Assembly (NCBI GenBank): GCA_035573835.1
Contig: DATLZT010000185.1
Location: 1 to 44,981 of the forward strand
Length of the DNA: 44,981 nucleotides
Reading direction: 5' to 3'
Origin: Gemmatimonadales bacterium
Lineage (GTDB): Bacteria > Gemmatimonadota > Gemmatimonadetes > Gemmatimonadales > GWC2-71-9
This document shows, one piece after another, positions 1 through 8,438 of this stretch; within the stretch, counting starts at the first letter, position 1; each line of letters begins with the position of its first letter. The notes below the pieces were generated by a model. That model had not been told where the DNA came from, searched no databases, and was given only the letters and a program-made list of their open reading frames with translations. The position numbers and the translations under genes were made by a program.

Positions 1-195
1 GTCCCGCCGATCGGGGCCGGTCGGCAGGCCGCCCCGGAGCCGGCGGCAGTGGCCCGCGCTGCCGTGGAGCTGGCGCTCGACGACACCGCACGGAGCGCCG
101 CCCGCGTGCTCGGGGCGCGACTCCGGGAGGAACTCGGCCCGGCGCGGGTCGCGGAGGTCTGCGAGGGCTGGTATCGGGAGGCACTCGGTGCGTGA
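1..195 (+). CDS. 3' end of a CDS entering from the left window edge; product not determinable from the 64-aa tail
   Basis: Frame 1 is open from base 1 to TGA at 193-195 (...RVAEVCEGWYREALGA*). The stop overlaps the GTG start of the next gene (GTGCGTGA). Confidence 0.4.
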   Translation, partial: VPPIGAGRQAAPEPAAVARAAVELALDDTARSAARVLGARLREELGPARVAEVCEGWYREALGA

Positions 196-1111
196 GCGGT
201 CGCTGAGGATCGCGCGATGGGGGGCAGGGGTGGTGGTCCTCGCCTTCGTCGCGCGTGCCATCGTCCGGAACTGGCAGGAGCTCGCGACGCACCCGATCGC
301 GTGGACCTTCCGCCCGTTGCCGGCCCTTGCGAGCGTCCTGCTGGTCTGGCTCATGTACGGTGTCTTGATCGAAGCCTGGCGCCGGATGCTCGGGGGCTGG
401 GGGCAGCGGCTGGACCGCCGCGAGGCGATCCGGATCTGGCTGCTGTCCAGTCTCGGGAAGTACGTCCCCGGGAAAGTCTGGGCCATCGCCGGGATGGCGG
501 TGATGGCCAGGGAGGCCGGGGTGGGCCCCGGTGCCGCCATGGCCTCGGCCGTGATCATGCAGGTCCTCGCGCTCGGGAGCGGGGCGATGGTCGCCGCCGG
601 GTTCGGCGCGGGAGCCCTGGAGACCACCCGTCCGGGGTTGCTCCCTTGGTTCTGGGTGGGGGGGCTCCTGGCGCTGGGGGCGATCGCGGTCCTGGTCGCG
701 CCCGGCGGCGTCCGGCGCCTGCTCGCCGTCACCAAGCTGGGGGAAGCGGGGACCGCGACGCCGGGCGTCACGCCGCTCACCTTCGGGTTGGTGGCCAATT
801 TTGTCGCCTGGATCGGCTACGGGCTGGCCCTCTGGCTGCTCGGCCTGGCCGTCTTGCCCGAGCCCGCGTTGGGGGCGCCGCTCGCCATCGCCGCCTTCGC
901 GGCGTCGTATGTCGTGGGCTACCTGGCCCTGGTCGCGCCCGCGGGGCTCGTCGTGCGCGAGGGGCTGCTCATCGTGCTGCTGCAGGGGAGTCTCGGACTC
1001 GGGGCGGCCACCGCGCTCGCCCTCGCGTCCCGGGTCCTGCTCACCATCACCGAGGTCGGGGCGGCGCTGCCGTTCGCCGTGCGTCGCCGGAGGATCCCGC
1101 GTGTTGCCTGA
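188..1111 (+). CDS. Polytopic membrane protein, UPF0104 / lysyl-phosphatidylglycerol-synthase-TM (flippase-like) family
   Basis: 307-aa ORF with GTG start. It is hydrophobic throughout. The motif SLGKYVPGKVWAIAGM is typical of the LPG_synthase_TM/UPF0104 family as I recall it. It overlaps both neighbouring genes. Confidence 0.75.
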   Translation: MRERSLRIARWGAGVVVLAFVARAIVRNWQELATHPIAWTFRPLPALASVLLVWLMYGVLIEAWRRMLGGWGQRLDRREAIRIWLLSSLGKYVPGKVWAIAGMAVMAREAGVGPGAAMASAVIMQVLALGSGAMVAAGFGAGALETTRPGLLPWFWVGGLLALGAIAVLVAPGGVRRLLAVTKLGEAGTATPGVTPLTFGLVANFVAWIGYGLALWLLGLAVLPEPALGAPLAIAAFAASYVVGYLALVAPAGLVVREGLLIVLLQGSLGLGAATALALASRVLLTITEVGAALPFAVRRRRIPRVA

Positions 1112-3440
1112 TTCCGAAAGCTGGGAGCCGCGTTGGCCGCGCACCACCGCCTTCCTCGTCGCCACCCTCGCCGGGTTGACCCTGCTCTGGCCGCTGGTGA
1201 CCGGCCGGATCCTCTTCGGCGGCCTGCGCTCGGACATGTTCATCGCCGGGTACGCCTTCCGCCTCTTCGGCGCCCAGGAGTTCGCCGCGACCGGCGCGAT
1301 TCCGCAGTGGAACCCCTATCTCTTCGGGGGGCTCCCGTACATTGCCGCCATGCATGGGGACATCTTCTATCCCACGGCCTGGTTGCGCTGGATCATGCCG
1401 GTGGACCTCGCCATCACGTACGGGATGGCACTCCATTTCGTGCTCGTGGGGTGGTTCACCTACCTGTTGGGACGCGCGCTCGGCCTCGGCTGGACCGCGG
1501 CGATGTGCGCGGGTGTGGCGTACGAGCTCTCCGGCATCGTGGCCTCCCAGATGAGCCCCGGCCATGACGGCAAGCTGTTCGTCTCCGCGCTCGCCCCGCT
1601 GGCGTTCCTCGTCCTCCTCCGCGCGGTCCGGGACGGCGCCCGCTGGGCGTTCGGGGCGTTCGCGCTGGTCGTGGCGCTGGTGGTCCTGGGGCACTACCAG
1701 ATGGGCTACTTCCTGATGATCGCGCTCGGCCTCTGGACCCTGTACCTGGCGTTCTGGGACGGCCGGCGCGAGCGGACGATCCATCCCTGGTTGGCGGTCG
1801 GGCTCGCGGCCCTCGCGGTGGTGGTCGGCATCGCGATCACCGCGCTCCAGGTGCTGCCGTTCCTCGAGTACATCCCCTGGTCGCCCAGGGCGGCCGGTGG
1901 CCCGAACACCGGATGGCAGTGGGCCACCAGCTACGCCATGCCCCCCGCCGAGGTGTTCAGCTGGCTCCTGCCGGAATTCAACGGGGTGCTGGACAAGTAC
2001 TGGGGGGCGAACCCGATCAAGTTCCACACCGAGTACCTTGGCGTCCTGCCGGTGGCGCTGGCCTGCTTCGCCTGGGGCGACCGCCCCCGTCGCCGGCTGG
2101 TGGTGGCGTTGCTGGTGGGAGCCGCCCTGTTCCAGCTGTTCGCCTTCGCGGGGCATACGCCCTTCTACCGGCCGTTCTTCGAGCTGATCCCCATGCTCGA
2201 CCGCATGCGAGCGATGGGCATGGTGTTCTTCCTGGTGGCGCTCGCCGTCTCGCTGCTCGCCGGGATCGGCCTCCAGCGGATCCTGGCCCGGCAGGTGGCT
2301 CCCAAGCGCGTCATCGCGGTCATGGGCGCCATCACGGTCCTCGCGTTGCTCGGCCTCCTCGGCGCCCTCCAGGTGGTGGCGGAGGCGCTCGCGATCCCGG
2401 AACGGATGTCGGAGGTGCAGGCGAATGCGCCCGACCTCCGGCTGGGCTCGCTCAGGCTGTTGGCCTCCGTGCTGGTGGGTGGCGGCGTGCTCTGGGGGGT
2501 GGCGGCGGCGCGGATCCGGGGCGCGGTCGCGGCCGCGGCCGTGCTCGTCGCGACCGCCGCCGATCTGTGGTCGGTCGATCGTCGCTTCTACACCTTCTCG
2601 CCCCGGGCCGGGGAGCTCTTCCGCGACGACGCCATCACGAGCCACCTGAAGCAGGTGCCCCAGCCATACCGGGTGCTCGACATGGCGAACGCCTATCCCC
2701 AGTCGACCCTGATGGCCTACCGGATCCCGAGCGCGCTGGGGTACCATGGCAATGAGCTTCGCTTCTACCAGGAGCTGGCGGGGAAGGAACAGGGCTGGCG
2801 CAATCTCCTGGCACCCAATCTCATCGACCTCCTCGCCATCCGGTTCCTCATCCTTCCCGAGCGCCAGCCGGTGCCCGGCTTCCATGAGGTCCTGGGACCG
2901 GTCCAGTCCTCGTTCGGGGTGCCGGCCGTGCTCTACGAGCGGGACACGGCCCCGGCCTACGCCCGAGTCGCCGCGTCGGCGGTGAAGATCCCGGAGGCAC
3001 GGATCCCGCCCACGGTGGTGGACCCCCGCTTCCCGGCAAGCCGCGTGGTCCTGTACCCGGACACGGCCTCGCTCTCCCCGGCGCCCCTCGCCGGATCGCT
3101 GCCCGAGTCGGGGATCCGGGCGTCGGTCGCGGAGTGGAGGCCCGGCGCGATGCGCATCACGCTCACCGGCCGGGCGGCCGCCCCGGCGTATCTGCTCGTG
3201 AGCGAGAACTGGTATCCCGACTGGCGGGCCACGGTCGACGGTCGCCCCGCCGCCGTCCACCGGGGCGACCACAGTCTGCTGAGCGTGGCGCTTCCCCCAG
3301 GGGCGGCGGAGGTCCGCCTCGAGTTCCGCTCCGATGCCTATGCCGCCGGCAAGCTGGTGAGCCTGGGCGGCCTCGGTGTGGCGCTGGCCATGCTGCTCCT
3401 GCCGCTGGGGCGACGCCGGAGGGAGCCGAGCGGTGCCTGA
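1101..3440 (+). CDS. YfhO-like large integral membrane protein (GT-C type glycosyltransferase candidate)
   Basis: In-frame GTG at 1101 overlaps the upstream stop (GTGTTGCCTGA). The N-terminal region FIAGYAFRLFGAQEFAATGAIPQWNPYLFGGLPYIAAMHGDIFYP is followed by many TM segments and a roughly 200-aa soluble C-terminus. The track start at 801 lies inside the upstream gene in another frame and was rejected. Confidence 0.7.
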   Translation: MLPDSESWEPRWPRTTAFLVATLAGLTLLWPLVTGRILFGGLRSDMFIAGYAFRLFGAQEFAATGAIPQWNPYLFGGLPYIAAMHGDIFYPTAWLRWIMPVDLAITYGMALHFVLVGWFTYLLGRALGLGWTAAMCAGVAYELSGIVASQMSPGHDGKLFVSALAPLAFLVLLRAVRDGARWAFGAFALVVALVVLGHYQMGYFLMIALGLWTLYLAFWDGRRERTIHPWLAVGLAALAVVVGIAITALQVLPFLEYIPWSPRAAGGPNTGWQWATSYAMPPAEVFSWLLPEFNGVLDKYWGANPIKFHTEYLGVLPVALACFAWGDRPRRRLVVALLVGAALFQLFAFAGHTPFYRPFFELIPMLDRMRAMGMVFFLVALAVSLLAGIGLQRILARQVAPKRVIAVMGAITVLALLGLLGALQVVAEALAIPERMSEVQANAPDLRLGSLRLLASVLVGGGVLWGVAAARIRGAVAAAAVLVATAADLWSVDRRFYTFSPRAGELFRDDAITSHLKQVPQPYRVLDMANAYPQSTLMAYRIPSALGYHGNELRFYQELAGKEQGWRNLLAPNLIDLLAIRFLILPERQPVPGFHEVLGPVQSSFGVPAVLYERDTAPAYARVAASAVKIPEARIPPTVVDPRFPASRVVLYPDTASLSPAPLAGSLPESGIRASVAEWRPGAMRITLTGRAAAPAYLLVSENWYPDWRATVDGRPAAVHRGDHSLLSVALPPGAAEVRLEFRSDAYAAGKLVSLGGLGVALAMLLLPLGRRRREPSGA

Positions 3441-4152
3441 GCGCATCCTGGTCATCATCCCGACCTACGACGAGGCCGCCAACCTGCCGCTCATCGCGCC
3501 GGCGGTGCTGGGGCAGGATCCCCGGATCGAGCTGTTGGTGGTCGACGACGCGTCGCCGGACGGCACCGGTCGCCTGGCCGACGAGATGGCGGCGCGGGAT
3601 CCGCGGATCCACGTGCTCCACCGGGCGGGAAAGGAAGGGTTGGGGAAGGCCTATCTGGCCGGGTTCCGCTGGGCCCTCGATCGCGGCTACGACCTCGTCT
3701 TCGAGATGGACGCCGACTTCTCCCACGACCCGAGGTACCTGCGGGACTTCCTCGCGGCGATCGCGGAGGCGGATCTCGTGGTGGGGTCGCGCTACAAGAC
3801 CGGGGTCAACGTCATCAACTGGCCGATGAGCCGGCTGCTCCTCTCGTACGGGGCCAACCTGTACGCCCGCTGGGTGACGGGGCTGCCGCTGACGGACTCG
3901 ACCGGCGGGTTCAAGTGCTTCCGGCGCCGCGTGCTGGAAGCCATCGACCTGGGTCAGGTGCGATCCAACGGCTACGCCTTCCAGATCGAGATGAGCTTCC
4001 GCGCGTGGCGGAAGGGGTTCCGGCTGGCCGAGGTGCCGATCGTCTTCACCGACCGGGTCGAGGGGCAGAGCAAGATGAACAAGCGGATCGTCCGGGAGGC
4101 CATCTGGATGGTCTGGTGGCTCCGGCTCCAGGCCCTGTTGGGCCGGATCTGA
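3433..4152 (+). CDS. GT2 polyprenol-phosphate sugar synthase (polyprenol monophosphomannose synthase / dolichyl-phosphate mannosyltransferase-like)
   Basis: GTG at 3433 overlaps the upstream stop (GTGCCTGA). Family motifs seen: ILVIIPTYDEAANL, VVDDASPDGT, FEMDADFSHDP, TGGFKCFRR and the C-terminal amphipathic tail. Confidence 0.88.
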   Translation: MPERILVIIPTYDEAANLPLIAPAVLGQDPRIELLVVDDASPDGTGRLADEMAARDPRIHVLHRAGKEGLGKAYLAGFRWALDRGYDLVFEMDADFSHDPRYLRDFLAAIAEADLVVGSRYKTGVNVINWPMSRLLLSYGANLYARWVTGLPLTDSTGGFKCFRRRVLEAIDLGQVRSNGYAFQIEMSFRAWRKGFRLAEVPIVFTDRVEGQSKMNKRIVREAIWMVWWLRLQALLGRI

Positions 4153-4166
4153 CAGGGGGAAGGGCC

Positions 4167-5006
4167 GTGAGGGGAACCGTCTTCTACAAGATGAGCGGCT
4201 CCGGCAACGACTTCATCATGCTCGACGGCCGCCACACCACGCCCGACGCCTGGCCCGGGTCCCGGATCCGCTGGATCTGCGACCGGCGGGCGGGGGTGGG
4301 AGCCGACGGCCTGGTGATCCTGACTCCCGAGCGTCCCGGCGAGGTCCGGATGACGTTCTTCAACTGCGACGGCTCCCGCGCCGCCATGTGCGGCAACGCG
4401 GCGCTCTGCAGCACGCGCCTGGCCGCTTTCCTGGAGCTGGCCCCGGCGGACGGCATGATGCTGCTCACCGACGCCGGCACCTACCAGACGCGCTGCGTGG
4501 GACCGGAGTCGGGGGCGGAGATCCGGCTGCCGGGCGTCACGGCGCCGGCGCTCGGTCCCGAGCTGGTCCTCGAGCCCGGCGAGCGGGCCCCGCGGCTCCT
4601 CACGGTGGGGGTGCCGCACCTGGTCGTGGTGGTGGAGGACGTGGAGCGGGTGGACGTCGCCGGCCGAGGGCGGGAGCTCCGCTTCCATCCCGCACTGGGT
4701 GCCCCCGGCGCCAACGTCAATTTCGTGTCCCGGAGCGGGAACGGCGCCGGCGCCGTCTGGCGGATCCGTACCTACGAGCGGGGGGTCGAGGGTGAGACGC
4801 TGGCTTGCGGCACCGGCGCCGTGGCCGCCGCGGTGGCCCTCGCGCGGGAGGGACTGGCCGAGTTCCCGGTGACGTTCCAGACCCGGAGCGACAAGCTCCT
4901 CGCCGTGAGCGCCGAGCTCACCCGAACCGGAGCCGACCAGATCCGCCTGGCCGGTGAGGGACGCCTGGTATTCCGGGGGGTCTTGGAGAGCAGCGGGGGG
5001 CCCTGA
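4167..5006 (+). CDS. dapF: Diaminopimelate epimerase
   Basis: GTG at 4167 is preceded by GGGGGAAGGG; an ATG at 4191 is the alternative start. Motifs FYKMSGSGNDF, NCDGSRAAMCGNA and ETLACGTGAVA carry the two catalytic Cys. The track start at 3915 overlaps the previous gene. Confidence 0.92.
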   Translation: MRGTVFYKMSGSGNDFIMLDGRHTTPDAWPGSRIRWICDRRAGVGADGLVILTPERPGEVRMTFFNCDGSRAAMCGNAALCSTRLAAFLELAPADGMMLLTDAGTYQTRCVGPESGAEIRLPGVTAPALGPELVLEPGERAPRLLTVGVPHLVVVVEDVERVDVAGRGRELRFHPALGAPGANVNFVSRSGNGAGAVWRIRTYERGVEGETLACGTGAVAAAVALAREGLAEFPVTFQTRSDKLLAVSAELTRTGADQIRLAGEGRLVFRGVLESSGGP

Positions 5007-5177
5007 CCGGATCAGGTCGCCCATCCCGCCAGGCCTCCTGCGATCGCGGAACCCGCCCCTTCGAAGCTGCCGAATCGCCAACCAGTGTCGAGTTCAGCCG
5101 CAGCTGGCGGCGCCTCGCCGGCCCGCGGGATCGGCAGGGGGACTTTTACCCAGTTTCCCACACCGATCGACCAATCA

Positions 5178-5205
5178 ACTTAACATAACATATCTTATAC
5201 GACAT
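5178..5205. other. dif: dif-like XerC/XerD recombination site (candidate chromosome dimer resolution site)
   Basis: The minus-strand reading is ATGTCGTATAA-GATATG-TTATGTTAAGT. E. coli dif is GGTGCGCATAA-TGTATA-TTATGTTAAAT. The XerD arm matches 10/11 and the XerC arm 6/11, with the inner ATAA-N6-TTAT core intact. It sits in an AT-rich island exactly where gene orientation converges. Confidence 0.6.
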
Positions 5206-5261
5206 TGACGGTCGACATGGTGTTGCGACAGTCGCTCCCACCGAGCTGCCGCCGAAGGGCC

Positions 5262-5317
5262 AATTAATAAAAAGTTTAGCGCCCCGGGAGCGGTCGTGTG
5301 GCGTCCCCGGGGCGCTA
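5262..5317 (-). terminator. Rho-independent terminator downstream of the YfgM-like TPR gene
   Basis: A perfect 12-bp stem (5277-5288 pairs with 5306-5317, TAGCGCCCCGGG/CCCGGGGCGCTA) encloses a 17-nt loop. On the minus strand it is followed by AACTTTTTATTAATTG. Confidence 0.6.
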
Positions 5318-5359
5318 AGCAAGCGAGTCGGCCAGTCCAGACCGGCGGAGATAACACGA

Positions 5360-6025
5360 CTACATTCGGCCTCCGGTTAGCTCCGCCAGCCGGACCTGCG
5401 CCTCGGTGAGAACCGGGGTCTTCTCGAACTCCTTGACTACCCGGCGAAGGATCCCGACGGCTTGGTCCCGCTGGCCGGCCGCCTCGTACGCCCGGGCGGC
5501 CTCGACCAGGTACTCGGCCTTGAGGTACGGGAGGTTGGCGGTCTCAGAGGCCTGCACGTAGGCCTGGGCCGCCTCGGCGGGCTTACCAGCGTTCTCCAGG
5601 GCTGCGGCGAGCAGCCCGTTGGCCGGAGCCGCGAATTCCGGGTCGGGATCGTCGGCCAGGAACTCCCGGAGGCCCACCACGGCCAACTCCGACTGGCCGT
5701 TGATCATCCGGATCTGGTTGAGGGCAAGCACGGCCTCCTGCCCGGCGTCGGTGTCACCGTACCCCTGGATCAGCCGCTGGAACTGGCTCGAGGCGAGCGG
5801 GAGGTTCCCCGCCTCCGCCGTGGCCCTGGCCTGCTCCAGCGCCCGGGCGGCGTAGGCCTCCTTGCGGCGGCCTCCCACCACGGCGAAGAGCACGCCGAGC
5901 GCAATGAGCACGAGCAGCGCGGCGAGGGCCGCGAGCTGCCGCTCGCGGGTCGGGAGGAGGCGCTTGAGCGGCTTGGGAAGCGGCCCGGTGGTCTCCTCAG
6001 TCATCACGTTCACACTGGTTGCCAT
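5360..6025 (-). CDS. Membrane-anchored TPR-like protein (YfgM-like architecture)
   Basis: It has a single TM segment (LAALAALLVLIALGVLFAVV) followed by helical, Ala-rich TPR-like repeats. The start is uncertain: ATG at 6025, ATG at 6004 or GTG at 6064. Confidence 0.7.
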   Translation of the reverse strand: MATSVNVMTEETTGPLPKPLKRLLPTRERQLAALAALLVLIALGVLFAVVGGRRKEAYAARALEQARATAEAGNLPLASSQFQRLIQGYGDTDAGQEAVLALNQIRMINGQSELAVVGLREFLADDPDPEFAAPANGLLAAALENAGKPAEAAQAYVQASETANLPYLKAEYLVEAARAYEAAGQRDQAVGILRRVVKEFEKTPVLTEAQVRLAELTGGRM

Positions 6026-6109
6026 GGTCGCCCACTGAAAAAGCCTGTGCGGGTTCGTCCGCACGACGTCGGCCGGAAGGCCCGATCGGGCCGCAGCCCA
6101 TTCGGGCCA

Positions 6110-6183
6110 TGCCCCCGGCGTGACTCGAACACGCGACCAACAGTTTAGGAAACTGCTGCTCTATCCAACTGAGCTACGGGGGC
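6110..6183 (-). tRNA. tRNA-Arg (anticodon CCT)
   Basis: Hand-folded cloverleaf: GCCCCCG TA GCTC AGTTGGATA GAGC A GCAGT TTCCTAA ACTGT TGGTC GCGTG TTCGAGT CACGC CGGGGGC A. No CCA is encoded. Confidence 0.93.
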
Positions 6184-6193
6184 AAAGCTCCCA

Positions 6194-6223
6194 AATCTAG
6201 ACCGTCGCGCGCGATGAAGTCAA
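6194..6223 (-). promoter_or_regulatory. Sigma70-like promoter candidate for tRNA-Arg
   Basis: On the minus strand: TTGACT (6223-6218), an 18-nt spacer, then TAGATT (6199-6194), ending 10 nt before the mature tRNA 5' end. Confidence 0.4.
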
Positions 6224-6272
6224 CGCGGGCGCCGGCCGGTGCCGACAATCCAAGTGCGGCTCTCGTAGAGAC

Positions 6273-6809
6273 TTATCGCGTTGCGACCACCTGCACCGTC
6301 GCTCCGCCGAGGCGGCCTCGGCCGCCGAGCGCCTCGAGCTCGAGGAGGAAGCTCCAGCCGACCAGCTCCCCGCCCAGTCGACGCACCAGGCTTCCGGCCG
6401 CCGCCGCGGTGCCCCCGGTCGCCAGCACGTCGTCCACGACAAGGACCCGGGCCGGGCTCTGGCAGGCGTCCCGGTGGGCCTCCAGTGCGTCGGTGCCGTA
6501 CTCGAGGGCATACTCCTCCCGTACCGTCTCCCATGGGAGCTTGCCCGGCTTCCTGGCCGGGACGAATCCGGCGCCGAGGGCGAGTGCCGCGGGGGCGCCC
6601 AGGATGAAGCCGCGGGCCTCGATGCCGAGCACGTGGGTGACGCGCGCGGTCCGGAACGGTTCGACCAGCGCGTTGACCACCCGCTGGAAGAGCTCGGCCC
6701 GCCCCAGCACCGGGGTGATATCCTGGAAGACGATCCCCGGTTTGGGATAGTCCGGGATGGCGCGGAGCGTCTGGAGGACTTCCCGGGCAAGCTGGCCGTC
6801 CCGCCTCAT
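6273..6809 (-). CDS. apt: Adenine phosphoribosyltransferase
   Basis: Motifs DYPKPGIVFQDITP and the PRPP loop VLVVDDVLATGGTA. An internal ATG at 6809 gives the usual length of about 178 aa. The track start at 6884 adds an atypical extension. Confidence 0.9.
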   Translation of the reverse strand: MRRDGQLAREVLQTLRAIPDYPKPGIVFQDITPVLGRAELFQRVVNALVEPFRTARVTHVLGIEARGFILGAPAALALGAGFVPARKPGKLPWETVREEYALEYGTDALEAHRDACQSPARVLVVDDVLATGGTAAAAGSLVRRLGGELVGWSFLLELEALGGRGRLGGATVQVVATR

Positions 6810-6834
6810 GTTGTTTCTCCGGTCGGCGTTCCAA

Positions 6835-7104
6835 TTATTGGATGTCAAAAGATTTATGTTGCCAGACCTCATCCGATACGTCACTTGAGTCGATCCCGGT
6901 CACCCGGGCGTGTGCCGGGCCGGTGCGGAGCAGCTGCTCCAGCGCCTGCAGCCCCGCGGGGGACCCGCTCGCCACCACCTCGACCCTGCCGTCGCCCAGG
7001 TTCCTGGCGTAGCCGTACAGTCCGAGCTGGCGGGCGTGTCGGGCCACGAACCACCGGAAGCCGACGCCCTGGACGTGCCCGGCGACCAGGTACCGGCGGG
7101 TCAT
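6835..7104 (-). CDS. acyP: Acylphosphatase
   Basis: 89 aa, VAGHVQGVGFRWFV...GYARNLGDGRVEV. The ATG at 7104 overlaps the dedA stop (ATGA). The rest of track ORF 6835..8226 is out-of-frame read-through. Confidence 0.88.
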   Translation of the reverse strand: MTRRYLVAGHVQGVGFRWFVARHARQLGLYGYARNLGDGRVEVVASGSPAGLQALEQLLRTGPAHARVTGIDSSDVSDEVWQHKSFDIQ

Positions 7105-7748
7105 GCGGCCTCCGACCTCTGCTTCCGGGCGCGCACGAGCTCCACGACCAGCGGCATCACCGAGAGCGCGATGATCACCAGGATCACGAGGGTGAAATTG
7201 GCCCGCACGACCGGGAGGTTCCCGAAGAGGTAGCCCCCGACCACGAAGATCACCACCCAGACCACTCCGCCGACCACGTTGTAGAGCAGGAAGCGCGGGT
7301 AGTTCATCGCGCCGATCCCGGCGACGAACGGCGCGACCGTCCGCACGATCGGCACGAACCGGGCCAGGATGATGGTCTTTCCCCCGTGGCGCTCGTAGAA
7401 CGCGTGGGTCCGGTCGAGGTACTCGCGCTTGAGGAACCGGACCTGCCCGGTGAAGGCGCGCGGCCCGACGTACTTCCCCGCCCAGTAATTCACCGTGTCG
7501 CCCAGGATGGCGGCCACGCTGAGCAGGATCACCAGGACCCGGACGTCCAGCGAGCCCAGCGCCGCGAAGGCGCCGGCGGCGAAGAGGAGCGAGTCCCCCG
7601 GCAGGAACGGGGTCACCACCAGCCCCGTCTCGCAGAAGACGATCAGGAACAGGATCAGGTTCGTCCAGACGCCGTACTGGCGGATGATCTCCCCCAGGTG
7701 CGCGTCGAGGTGGAGGAAGAAGTCGACGATCTGCTTGATGGTCTCCAC
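7101..7748 (-). CDS. DedA family membrane protein
   Basis: 215 aa with GTG start. Motifs ETGLVVTPFLPGDSLLFAAG, NYWAGKYVG and ARFVPIVRTVAPFVAG. Confidence 0.88.
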   Translation of the reverse strand: METIKQIVDFFLHLDAHLGEIIRQYGVWTNLILFLIVFCETGLVVTPFLPGDSLLFAAGAFAALGSLDVRVLVILLSVAAILGDTVNYWAGKYVGPRAFTGQVRFLKREYLDRTHAFYERHGGKTIILARFVPIVRTVAPFVAGIGAMNYPRFLLYNVVGGVVWVVIFVVGGYLFGNLPVVRANFTLVILVIIALSVMPLVVELVRARKQRSEAA

Positions 7749-7769
7749 GGGCTCTCCGTCGTGGGCGGG

Positions 7770-8438
7770 TCAGGTGCGGAATCCGAACTCGCCCAGGAGG
7801 GGGACGAACCGGACGTCGCTGAGCGTGGTCTGGCGGATGGCGCCGTCGCTGCCGGCCTCGACCAGGGTGAGCAGCTGGCCGCTGCGATCCCCGAGGGGGA
7901 TGATCAGCCGGCCGCCGGGGGCCAGTTGCTCGAGCAGCGGCCGGGGCACCGAGGGGGACGCCGCAGCCACCAGGATCGCGTCGTAGGGGGCGTAGGGGCG
8001 CCAGCCCAGGGTGCCATCCCCTACCATCACCGAGACGTTGCGGATCCCGGCGGCGTCGAGGGCCCGGCGGGCCGCCTGCGCCAGCGCCGGCACCCGCTCG
8101 ACGCTGAACACGACGCTGGCGAGCAGGCCGAGCAGCGCGGTCTGGTAGCCCGAGCCGGTCCCGACCTCCAGGACCTTCTCCCGGCCCGTGAGTCCGGCGA
8201 GCTCGAGGTAGCGCGCCTGGACCCACGGCTGCGAGATGGTTTGCCCGGCGCCGATCGGGAGCGCCGCGTCTTCGTAGGCGCGGTGGCGGACGCTCTCCGG
8301 GACGAAGAGGTGGCGCGGCACCTGGCTGATGGCCCGGAGCACCGCGAGATCGCGGATGCCCTTGGCCTGCAAGGTGGCCACGAGCTGGGAGCGGTAGCCG
8401 CCGTACCCGTCGCCGCCGCTCAACCCTCCAGCGCCCAT
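7770..8438 (-). CDS. pcm: Protein-L-isoaspartate O-methyltransferase
   Basis: Motifs QTISQPWV and VLEVGTGSGYQTA. The ATG at 8438 overlaps the surE 3' end by 19 nt. The conserved surE-pcm pairing is present. Confidence 0.9.
   Translation of the reverse strand: MGAGGLSGGDGYGGYRSQLVATLQAKGIRDLAVLRAISQVPRHLFVPESVRHRAYEDAALPIGAGQTISQPWVQARYLELAGLTGREKVLEVGTGSGYQTALLGLLASVVFSVERVPALAQAARRALDAAGIRNVSVMVGDGTLGWRPYAPYDAILVAAASPSVPRPLLEQLAPGGRLIIPLGDRSGQLLTLVEAGSDGAIRQTTLSDVRFVPLLGEFGFRT

Noticed and set aside
1047-3458. Very long ORFs antisense to or out of frame with recognised genes: 1047..3458(-), 6474..8465(+), 11328..13016(+), 14100..16199(+), 15653..18478(+), 21606..23534(+), 24204..26042(+), 25982..27376(-), 33477..35942(+), 36149..38527(+), 40661..42154(+), 41700..43475(+), and others.
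   Set aside because: Their translations are Arg/Pro/Gly/His/Asp-rich low-complexity strings with no recognisable motifs. Each lies opposite or overlapping a gene with clear family signatures. Stop codons are rare in all six frames of DNA this GC-rich, so long open frames are expected by chance.
5097-5146. Possible dapF terminator (GCCGC-AGCTG-GCGGC and GCCGGCCCGCGGGATCGGC, followed by ACTTTT).
   Set aside because: The stems are short or imperfect and the T-run has only four residues. That is not convincing enough to annotate.
4954-5357. Small ORFs in the convergent intergenic region (4954..5208 plus strand, 84 aa; 5175..5357 minus strand, 60 aa).
   Set aside because: They span the dif-like site and the terminator hairpin. 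They have no start context or recognisable motifs, and their composition simply mirrors the local DNA.
6110-6183. The tRNA-Arg and tRNA-Gly (14023-14095) loci as possible integration sites of a genomic island.
   Set aside because: I saw no integrase, no duplicated tRNA 3' end or direct repeat, and no compositional or functional discontinuity. Both flanks are housekeeping genes on the same strand.
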